Origin: a virus
Taxonomy: Duplodnaviria > Caudoviricetes
Length of the DNA stretch: 60,648 nt
IMG/VR virus record: IMGVR_UViG_3300032266_000396
Coordinates: 1 to 60,648 of that record
Direction: 5' to 3' (one strand)
The position numbers were made by a program, and so were the translations under genes. This document shows positions 18,350 through 24,710 of this stretch, piece by piece (the first letter of the stretch is position 1; each line of letters starts with the position of its first letter). The notes under the pieces were generated by a model that ran no database searches, had not been told where the DNA came from, and saw only the letters and a list, made by a program, of their open reading frames with translations.

Positions 18350-18380
18350 TTGCGTACTATGTAGCAATGAACTACTTTTG
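18350..18380 (+). promoter_or_regulatory. First early promoter (TTG-N20-TACTTTTG)
   Basis: Bacteroidota -33/-7 consensus with a 20-nt spacer and an upstream A-tract. Confidence 0.7.
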
Positions 18381-18462
18381 AACTCAGGATAGACGAAGAA
18401 TGAGGGTCATTTGGGAGCTAACTAACTGAAAATCAATTAATTAACATTAAATTTTAGAAATT

Positions 18463-19101
18463 ATGAGTACACTTTTAACAATCGAGGCGGCTTTTTTAAG
18501 CAATTCACAGGTAGCAACAGCAATCAATTTGCGAGAGATTAGAGGGCTTCAAAGAACTTTAGCCAACGGGCAAAAAAAGAAATTTCAACAGACTTTGGAA
18601 TTATCGGCTAAGGTGGTGGAGGCTGTAAATTGGTTTTCATCCGAAGAGGGCAAAACAGTAACAGCCGAAGCGGGCATTTATTGGACAAACGAGCAAATCG
18701 GAAACAAAGTTTTTGGATGGCAAAAAAGCTACTTTTACAAAGTAGTTAAGGCGGGCAAATTGGAGGCTACAAAGGTGGAGCAATTCAACAGCCTATGCGA
18801 TGAAGCCGAAGCGAGAGGCGAAGAGCCAAACAGAACTTTAGAGGGCTTATTGAAATTTGCCCGCTTAGGTGGTGGAGAGACCAACAGCGAAGCGGGTGGA
18901 GAAGAGAGCGGAGAAGAGGGCGAAGAGAGTGGCGAAATCGGGGTTGAAATTCGCATCCCGACAATTTTCACAATGACTTACAAAGGTGGCAACAAAAACG
19001 TATCAATTCGCATCAATGAGGCGGGTGCAATTGCGACCACAAACAGCACCGAAGAAATTTTGGAGGCTATAGCATTTTTAACTAATTCAATCAATCAATA
19101 A
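18463..19101 (+). CDS. Hypothetical early protein
   Basis: 212 aa, first plus-strand gene; possible HTH (FGWQKSYFYKVVK) and an acidic Gly/Glu linker. Confidence 0.75.
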   Translation: MSTLLTIEAAFLSNSQVATAINLREIRGLQRTLANGQKKKFQQTLELSAKVVEAVNWFSSEEGKTVTAEAGIYWTNEQIGNKVFGWQKSYFYKVVKAGKLEATKVEQFNSLCDEAEARGEEPNRTLEGLLKFARLGGGETNSEAGGEESGEEGEESGEIGVEIRIPTIFTMTYKGGNKNVSIRINEAGAIATTNSTEEILEAIAFLTNSINQ

Positions 19102-19104
19102 TTT

Positions 19105-19120
19105 GTGTCTTCAAAGACAC
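19105..19120. repeat. 16-bp palindrome upstream of the amidoligase gene
   Basis: Exact copy in the intergenic gap. Confidence 0.9.
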
Positions 19121-19138
19121 TTTAAAACCAATTTTTTT

Positions 19139-20059
19139 ATGAGAGCAACAGCACAAACAGGCGTAATTTACACGACTACAGGAGAAACAAGAAGAGGACA
19201 GGTAACAGGCTACCACAGTAAGCCACAGCCAAATTTTTTAAACAAAACAGCCCACAGGGTTGATGTTGCGGGGCTTAAAGCCATAGAGCAAAGAACAGCC
19301 ATCAAATTTGATGGTAGAGAGTACGAGAGCAAATTTACAATCGGGTTCGAGGTTGAAAAAAATCAACTAAGCCGTAATGCTGTGAGAGAGTACGAGCTTT
19401 TTTGCGGGTTCGAGACAGACAGCTCTTGCGGTTACGAGGCGGTTACTCACATTTTACCTTTGCTACCTGCGGGGCAATGGAGAACAAAAGTTTACGATAT
19501 GATGTATAAGGCGGAGCGTATCATAGACGACAGCCACAGCCCAAGCGACAGACGATGTGGCGGACATATCACAATCGGGGTCGATGGCTTGAATGGGGTT
19601 GAAATTAACGACTTAGTTCGAAAAAATGCGGGTATCGTTTTAGCCTTATTTCGCAAGCGTTTAAATAACACTTATTGCGGGTCTAATCGTAGAATGCAAC
19701 CCGAGTATGAGAGCCGATACAATTCAACTACAGGCTACCACTACAGCAACAGCGGATGGCATCACAAGTACCAAACAGCCCTTGTAAAAGGTCGCACTTT
19801 AGAGTTCCGAGTACCGAGCAAATTCGAGAGCGTGAAGCAAATGATGAGACGATACGAGTTGTTTTATGAGTTGGTAAACTACAGCGTAAACAACCCGAGA
19901 GGTACAAGCGAGAAGTTTCTTAAAACCATCAAGCCAATCATCAAGTCGATGTACAACGGAGACGACAGCAAGACAGAGGAAATTTTGAGACTTGCGAGAC
20001 TATTCCAAAAGTTCATCAATAAGGGCGAAATTCATCCCGATATTGCAATGTTCCTTTAG
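19139..20059 (+). CDS. Putative amidoligase (COOH-NH2 ligase fold)
   Basis: TIGFEVE, ETDSS, YEAV, CGGHI, KYQ and TLEFR motifs; ATG at 19139. Confidence 0.75.
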   Translation: MRATAQTGVIYTTTGETRRGQVTGYHSKPQPNFLNKTAHRVDVAGLKAIEQRTAIKFDGREYESKFTIGFEVEKNQLSRNAVREYELFCGFETDSSCGYEAVTHILPLLPAGQWRTKVYDMMYKAERIIDDSHSPSDRRCGGHITIGVDGLNGVEINDLVRKNAGIVLALFRKRLNNTYCGSNRRMQPEYESRYNSTTGYHYSNSGWHHKYQTALVKGRTLEFRVPSKFESVKQMMRRYELFYELVNYSVNNPRGTSEKFLKTIKPIIKSMYNGDDSKTEEILRLARLFQKFINKGEIHPDIAMFL

Positions 20060-20067
20060 CAAGCAAA

Positions 20068-20085
20068 GGGGCGGGAAACCGCCCC
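20068..20085 (+). promoter_or_regulatory. GC-rich GAAA-tetraloop hairpin abutting hammerhead 1
   Basis: GGGGCGG-GAAA-CCGCCCC with no U-tract. Confidence 0.75.
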
Positions 20086-20136
20086 GCTGTATGCGGATGA
20101 GTGTCCGCACTGATGAGCCCAAAAGGGCGAAACAGC
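20086..20136 (+). ncRNA. Hammerhead ribozyme type III (HHR1); predicted cleavage after 20091
   Basis: GCUG-UA^-UGCGGA-UGAGUG-UCCGCA-CUGAUGA-GCCC-AAAA-GGGC-GAAA-CAGC: full core and three perfect stems. Confidence 0.93.
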
Positions 20137-20155
20137 AACCTAAAATTTTTGAGTT

Positions 20156-20347
20156 ATGAAATTAGAAATTTGTTTAAAATCGTTTGCCTTAGCTGTAGTT
20201 TATTTGTCCTTAGCTGTAGCCCTTACAAGCGGGAAAGTTCAGGAGTTCATCAAATTCAATTCGGTAGATGCGGAGATGTTCGCCTTTATCCTTAGCAGTG
20301 GGATGGGTATTGCTTGCTTAGTTGCTTCACTAAAACTAAAACGATGA
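20156..20347 (+). CDS. Small two-TM membrane protein flanked by HHR1 and HHR2
   Basis: 63 aa with two hydrophobic segments. Confidence 0.7.
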   Translation: MKLEICLKSFALAVVYLSLAVALTSGKVQEFIKFNSVDAEMFAFILSSGMGIACLVASLKLKR

Positions 20348-20383
20348 TAGTGCGAGAGGCGGGCAAATTTTAAAGCGGGTGGA

Positions 20384-20399
20384 GTGTCTTCAAAGACAC
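20384..20399. repeat. 16-bp palindrome abutting HHR2
   Basis: Exact copy. Confidence 0.9.
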
Positions 20400-20400
20400 C

Positions 20401-20449
20401 CCGTACACCGATGAGTGTCGGTGCTGATGAGTTCAAAAGAACGAAACGG
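20401..20449 (+). ncRNA. Hammerhead ribozyme type III (HHR2); predicted cleavage after 20405
   Basis: CCG-UA^-CACCGA-UGAGUG-UCGGUG-CUGAUGA-GUUC-AAAA-GAAC-GAAA-CGG. Confidence 0.92.
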
Positions 20450-20467
20450 AAACCTAATCTAATCAAG

Positions 20468-20614
20468 ATGAACAAACAAGACAAGGCGAAAGCCAAAGAG
20501 CAACACCGTAGAGCGACAGCTTTTTATGAGTGGTTACAAAAAATGGGTAATGTTTATATGGCAGACACCCGCAGAATGGATAGAGCAATTTTAATCTTGA
20601 TTGAAAATGTGTAG
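20468..20614 (+). CDS. Small hypothetical protein (48 aa)
   Basis: ATG 18 nt after HHR2: MNKQDKAKAKEQHRRATAFYEWLQKMG. Confidence 0.6.
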   Translation: MNKQDKAKAKEQHRRATAFYEWLQKMGNVYMADTRRMDRAILILIENV

Positions 20615-20849
20615 CGTGGAGCAGATTCAGGAGGCAATACTTCGGGATGGGGTAGCCTTCATAAATGTGTGGTCGCAAGATTGCGATGGAGTTCAGGCAC
20701 AATACCACAAAGAGTTTCAATCGGTGGAGGAGTTTTTAGCGTGGGAGGTGAATTTTTACGAGTGGGCAGAGGGTCGCCAAGGCTATAGCCTAACAGACAA
20801 AGACAACCTCGATGAGGCAGTTACGTGGGGTGGATGGGGCGATTACTAA
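20601..20849 (+). CDS. Acidic hypothetical protein
   Basis: WSQDCDG...YEWAEG; ORF track. Confidence 0.65.
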   Translation: MKMCSVEQIQEAILRDGVAFINVWSQDCDGVQAQYHKEFQSVEEFLAWEVNFYEWAEGRQGYSLTDKDNLDEAVTWGGWGDY

Positions 20850-20900
20850 GCCCCGCCAAGCCCCATAAACAAAGGGATTTTAAAAATAATTGACATTTTA

Positions 20901-20932
20901 TTTGGTAGTGTCGAAATATCGTTCTACCTTTG
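20901..20932 (+). promoter_or_regulatory. Early promoter TTTG-N20-TACCTTTG
   Basis: Full Bacteroidota sigma-A consensus. Confidence 0.8.
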
Positions 20933-20963
20933 TCGAAATTTAGTTCAACAAATCAATTAATCA

Positions 20964-20979
20964 GTGTCTTCAAAGACAC
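20964..20979. repeat. 16-bp palindrome downstream of a promoter
   Basis: Exact copy. Confidence 0.9.
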
Positions 20980-20994
20980 AAAAAACCAAAACAA

Positions 20995-21555
20995 ATGAGA
21001 GTTACAACAGAAAAAATTTGCAGAGCTTTTGAAAGCAGAAGAGCGTTGACCTTAGGGAACAGCAAAACAGATGGAAACAGCCTTTGGCTATTCGGGAATG
21101 AAATTGCCCAATGGCGTGAAGATGGAATTTGGATTACCAATGCGGGGTGGAACAGCAAAACCACCAAGGAAAGGTTGAATGGATTAACGGGAGTTAGCAT
21201 CCAACAAAGAGAGGGCAATTTGTACTTGAATGGGAATTTTTGGCAAGGCGAGTGGACAAGCGTAAATGCTAACAACGGAATAGTATCGACCCCGCAAGAG
21301 GCAGTGCTATTTGACATCACAAGCGAGTGGAAAGGTAAGTACAGCAAGCCAATCTATGCTGTAGCCCACAAGTACACCGAGGCAGACCTATCCGCTTGCG
21401 AGTGCATATTGAATGCAAACGGAATAGTGCACAGAATTATCGAGAGCGACACCGAAGGAGAGTACAAGCCTAATTACTTCTTAGTAGTTCGCCCTCAGGA
21501 TTACGACTTAGCTTTAACTATTATTAATCAAAAAAATGTTACGCAGTGTATTTAG
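20995..21555 (+). CDS. Hypothetical early protein
   Basis: 186 aa; LFGNEIA...ITNAGWNSKTTKERLN motif. Confidence 0.75.
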   Translation: MRVTTEKICRAFESRRALTLGNSKTDGNSLWLFGNEIAQWREDGIWITNAGWNSKTTKERLNGLTGVSIQQREGNLYLNGNFWQGEWTSVNANNGIVSTPQEAVLFDITSEWKGKYSKPIYAVAHKYTEADLSACECILNANGIVHRIIESDTEGEYKPNYFLVVRPQDYDLALTIINQKNVTQCI

Positions 21556-21650
21556 TATTTTTTATCGTGTTAGTTTCAATGCTTGCTTCAAGTTGTGCAA
21601 GTAGATGCAAGCAACAGCGTAGATATTGGAGCAACCACAGATGCGTATAA
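21546..21650 (+). CDS. Possible small lipoprotein (34 aa)
   Basis: GTG start; hydrophobic stretch, LASSC lipobox, basic tail. Confidence 0.35.
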   Translation: MYLVFFIVLVSMLASSCASRCKQQRRYWSNHRCV

Positions 21651-21662
21651 ATTCATAGGGGA

Positions 21663-21678
21663 GTGTCTTCAAAGACAC
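21663..21678. repeat. 16-bp palindrome abutting HHR3 (extended stem GAGTGTCTT/AAGACACTC)
   Basis: Exact copy. Confidence 0.9.
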
Positions 21679-21682
21679 TCTC

Positions 21683-21733
21683 GCTGTCTCGGAGTGAGTG
21701 CTCCGACTGACGAGACCAAGAGGTCGAAACAGC
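21683..21733 (+). ncRNA. Hammerhead ribozyme type III (HHR3); predicted cleavage after 21688
   Basis: GCUG-UC^-UCGGAG-UGAGUG-CUCCGA-CUGACGA-GACC-AAGA-GGUC-GAAA-CAGC. Confidence 0.93.
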
Positions 21734-21752
21734 TAACTTAATACCTAAAAAA

Positions 21753-22061
21753 ATGAGCAGTAATGACATTTTAATTGCAGAATTTATGGGGTTTCAAAAA
21801 ACCTCAATCGGTTGGTTCGACTACAATGAACACCTTTGTTTACCAAACACATCAGACAATACTTTTGATGAGTTGAAATTTCAATCAGATTGGAATTGGA
21901 TGATGCCCGTAATTCAGAAGATATTAGATATATCTTTGAATTTAGATAGTATGGAAATGTACTATAACATAACAGACAGCATACCTAAAATTGACCAAAC
22001 ATACAAAGAGGTGGTAGAATTTATTATTAACTATAACACTACAGAAAATGAGCAGAATTAA
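21753..22061 (+). CDS. Hypothetical protein
   Basis: IAEFMG...LKFQSDWNWMMPVIQKI motif; ATG 19 nt after HHR3. Confidence 0.7.
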   Translation: MSSNDILIAEFMGFQKTSIGWFDYNEHLCLPNTSDNTFDELKFQSDWNWMMPVIQKILDISLNLDSMEMYYNITDSIPKIDQTYKEVVEFIINYNTTENEQN

Positions 22062-22437
22062 AATCACAAAACAAGATGAGTTCGTGTGGTTGTTGGTAAC
22101 AGACAAATCACGTGAGATTTTTATGAGCGGGTTGTTTGAGTTGTACATCCTTTACAAAGATGACAGCGAGACCCTAATCGAGGGCTACTCTCAATTGCTT
22201 GAGGCACTTGAGAACGGAATGGACATCGGCATCGAAGTAGGACATTTGAATGAAGATAAATTAAAAGATGACCAAGTGTTTCTACAGAAGCAAATCGTTG
22301 ACAAGGCGGGCATCAATATCGTATCGTGTGGAATGTGTGCCGAGGTAATTTTGCACAGACTTACGGATGAAACTATACTTTGCCCTCATTGTGAGTTCAA
22401 TTCAGACCCTTGCGATTTTCCCGACCTAAATTATTAA
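22048..22437 (+). CDS. Hypothetical protein with C-terminal zinc ribbon
   Basis: CGMC...CPHC...DPCDFPD. Confidence 0.65.
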   Translation: MSRIKITKQDEFVWLLVTDKSREIFMSGLFELYILYKDDSETLIEGYSQLLEALENGMDIGIEVGHLNEDKLKDDQVFLQKQIVDKAGINIVSCGMCAEVILHRLTDETILCPHCEFNSDPCDFPDLNY

Positions 22438-22441
22438 TCAG

Positions 22442-22597
22442 ATGGAGGCAACTAAATCGTTTAACGTGTATTACGATGGCGTATTCGTACAGACCATAAC
22501 AGCCCACAGCGGGTTCGAGGCAATAGACAAAGTTTTCTATTTGTACATAGAGAAACACCCGACCCTCGAGAGAAAAAAATTCAGTACTAAAAAATAA
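22442..22597 (+). CDS. Small hypothetical protein (51 aa)
   Basis: MEATKSFNVYYDGVFVQTITAHSGFEAIDKVF... Confidence 0.5.
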   Translation: MEATKSFNVYYDGVFVQTITAHSGFEAIDKVFYLYIEKHPTLERKKFSTKK

Positions 22598-22608
22598 TTC
22601 AAAATAAA

Positions 22609-22640
22609 TTTGGCAGTGTCGATTACTTGTCGTACCTTTG
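22609..22640 (+). promoter_or_regulatory. Early promoter TTTG-N20-TACCTTTG
   Basis: Full consensus; near-copy of the promoter at 20901. Confidence 0.8.
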
Positions 22641-22669
22641 TCCAATATTAGTTCATTAATCAGGATTCT

Positions 22670-22685
22670 GTGTCTTCAAAGACAC
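22670..22685. repeat. 16-bp palindrome downstream of a promoter
   Basis: Exact copy. Confidence 0.9.
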
Positions 22686-22707
22686 TATCCACAAATCAAA
22701 TCAAGTT

Positions 22708-23832
22708 ATGTGTGTTATCATTATCAAACAAAAAGGTTATCAAGTGTCTAAAGAAATTGCTCAAACATCCGCAAGGATTAACCCTCACGGATTAGGCATC
22801 GTGTGGCTCGACACATTCGAGGTTACTTACCACAAGTCAGCAGAATATAAATTGCTTGACACAGACCGCCCATTTATTGCTCATTTCAGATATGCTACTG
22901 TTGGGGCTATAGGCAGACAAAACACCCACCCATTTCAATGTGGCAATAACAAAAACGAGTACCTAATGATGAACGGCACAATCAAGGGGCTTGGCAATAT
23001 GAAGCAAAGCGATTCAAAAGTATTGGCGATTAAACTTGGAGACATACCACGCCCTCAGTGGAAGTTGGAGTTGGCTCAATACGATTGCCGATTCGTTACC
23101 ATCAATACCTACAGCAAATCGTTTCAGATTTACAACCGAGAGGATTGGATTCAGAAAGATGGCGTTTGGTACAGCAAGGAGAATGTACTTGAAGACAACT
23201 ATGTTGCAGTGTATGGCACACTAAAGAAAGGCTATTCAAACTATTGGCACTACCTATCAGGAAGCAATTTTGTAGGCAGTGGCACGACCACAGACAAGTA
23301 CCCGCTTGTAGTTAGCGGGCTACCTTACCTCATCGAAAACAAGGGCTTAGGACATAACGTGAATGTAGATGTGTTTAAGGTTACGGATTCAAAGCTAAAG
23401 AGTTTAGACCAACTTGAGGGGCATCCGAGATGGTATTGCAGAAAGCAAATCAATATCACAATCAAGGGCAAGCAAGTCCTTTGTTGGATTTACTTTAACC
23501 TCAAGGAGGTTGCAGATAACAAAGTATTCCACAAGTCCTACGTTCAGGCTAAGCCAAAGTATCAGAGTTTTGGAAACTACAAAAGTTTTAAAAGTTTCGG
23601 CACAGCATCGTACCCAAAAAAGTATGAGACCATACCCGCAAAAGTACAGCCACAGAAAATGTTTCAGGATTGGTTTTCAGATGTGGATGATACACCAGAG
23701 TTCGATGTGCAGAACGAAACCCCGATGTGTGTCGCTTGCTACAACGACTTAGTGTTTGATGGGTTCAATAACTACCATTGCAGTAGTTGTAACACGTGGC
23801 ACTCAGAGGCAGATGTATTGAGAAAATTTTAG
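22708..23832 (+). CDS. Class II glutamine amidotransferase + gamma-glutamylcyclotransferase (AIG2-like) + zinc-ribbon fusion
   Basis: N-terminal MC, NPHGLG, HFRYAT, NTHPF, NGTI, SDS; then VAVYGTLKKG and LDQLEGHPRWY; CVAC/CSSC. Confidence 0.85.
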   Translation: MCVIIIKQKGYQVSKEIAQTSARINPHGLGIVWLDTFEVTYHKSAEYKLLDTDRPFIAHFRYATVGAIGRQNTHPFQCGNNKNEYLMMNGTIKGLGNMKQSDSKVLAIKLGDIPRPQWKLELAQYDCRFVTINTYSKSFQIYNREDWIQKDGVWYSKENVLEDNYVAVYGTLKKGYSNYWHYLSGSNFVGSGTTTDKYPLVVSGLPYLIENKGLGHNVNVDVFKVTDSKLKSLDQLEGHPRWYCRKQINITIKGKQVLCWIYFNLKEVADNKVFHKSYVQAKPKYQSFGNYKSFKSFGTASYPKKYETIPAKVQPQKMFQDWFSDVDDTPEFDVQNETPMCVACYNDLVFDGFNNYHCSSCNTWHSEADVLRKF

Positions 23833-23843
23833 TACCTTAGGGA

Positions 23844-23859
23844 GTGTCTTCAAAGACAC
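23844..23859. repeat. 16-bp palindrome abutting HHR4
   Basis: Exact copy with extended stem. Confidence 0.9.
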
Positions 23860-23861
23860 TC

Positions 23862-23912
23862 TCCGTATCGAGATGAGTGTCTCGGCTGAAGATTCCAAAA
23901 GGATGAAACGGA
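23862..23912 (+). ncRNA. Hammerhead ribozyme type III (HHR4); predicted cleavage after 23867
   Basis: UCCG-UA^-UCGAGA-UGAGUG-UCUCGG-CUGAAGA-UUCC-AAAA-GGAU-GAAA-CGGA; U-U mismatch at the base of stem II. Confidence 0.85.
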
Positions 23913-23930
23913 AACTAAAATCAAAAGATT

Positions 23931-24212
23931 ATGAAAATCTATTTAAAATTTGACCACAGCAAAAAAGATTCCCTCGAGGCTATTGGTTGTGAGCACAATA
24001 AGAGAGAAGTTAATGACAGAGTATTTGAAGTCATCAAGTGGTACAGCGAAGATGATAGTTTGAACAAGAGGAGCCAACTATCCGAGTTGCTTCACAAAAA
24101 CCTCGAGTACGAGGAAATTTTATTCCTTGCCACTGAGTCCGTAGAGGAGAATATGGGAAGAATGATGATTGAAAAAATAAAAGATGATTTAAGAGACTTT
24201 TTAAATTTATAA
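23931..24212 (+). CDS. Hypothetical protein
   Basis: 93 aa; ATG 18 nt after HHR4. Confidence 0.7.
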   Translation: MKIYLKFDHSKKDSLEAIGCEHNKREVNDRVFEVIKWYSEDDSLNKRSQLSELLHKNLEYEEILFLATESVEENMGRMMIEKIKDDLRDFLNL

Positions 24213-24215
24213 ACT

Positions 24216-24440
24216 ATGCAAGTATTTAGAGTTAACACCACAGCGTACAAGGAGGAAGACTTTTACCTCCTTACGGAACTTACCGAACAAGATATTGTAG
24301 AGGTAGTAATGCCAATCGTAAATGCAGAGCGAGATGGCTATGAAGAGTATGACAATGAGTTGCTTTTAGATGCACTCAAAAAGCGTTACCCGAGAAAGAA
24401 AATTGACTTATACTCGGAGTTTGAACTAATCACGATTTAA
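24216..24440 (+). CDS. Hypothetical acidic protein
   Basis: ORF track, 74 aa. Confidence 0.65.
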   Translation: MQVFRVNTTAYKEEDFYLLTELTEQDIVEVVMPIVNAERDGYEEYDNELLLDALKKRYPRKKIDLYSEFELITI

Positions 24441-24441
24441 T

Positions 24442-24582
24442 AGGGTGGCACTCGGAAATCCTTACTTGTCGGTAATGTAGGCGGTTGCAATGCTAATGGT
24501 TAATTTGGTTGCCACCTTGCATCACTTGATGCACTCATAAAACTGAAATTGCAATAAGACTGACAGCTTGGAAAGACAAGCA
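24442..24582 (+). ncRNA. Candidate structured RNA of unknown class
   Basis: Stem AGGGUGGCA/UGCCACCUU, hairpins UGCAUC/GAUGCA and GCUUG-GAAAGA-CAAGC; no convincing ORF. Confidence 0.35.
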
Positions 24583-24585
24583 AAT

Positions 24586-24687
24586 GGGCAAGTGGCGAAA
24601 TGGTAAACGCAGGTATGGAGTAATTAACCATATTGAACTTACTCTCTTGGCGAGAGTGTTATGCAGGTTCGACCCCTGCCTTGCTCA
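24586..24687 (+). tRNA. tRNA-like RNA (class II, Leu-like body) with a non-canonical anticodon arm
   Basis: Acceptor GGGCAAG/CUUGCUC+A; D arm GCG-AAAUGGUAAA-CGC; T arm GCAGG-UUCGACC-CCUGC; anticodon arm 7 bp with a 9-nt loop; long variable arm. Confidence 0.7.
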
Positions 24688-24710
24688 CTAACTTTTAAAT
24701 TTAATTAAAA

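Noticed and set aside
20068-20085. GC hairpin as an intrinsic terminator
   Set aside because: There is no U-tract and it is fused to HHR1
20101-20467. ORF 20101..20295 and the N-terminal extension of 20384..20614
   Set aside because: They begin inside ribozyme or palindrome sequence; better starts exist at 20156 and 20468
18190-23859. Palindrome series as a CRISPR array or integron attC sites
   Set aside because: Units are 16 bp, 0.6-1.3 kb apart, also occur inside genes, and there is no cas or integrase gene
24442-24582. Theta/HDV-like, twister-sister or SAM-II assignment for the RNA next to the tRNA-like element
   Set aside because: Only fragmentary resemblance; the required pairings and conserved cores could not be built by eye
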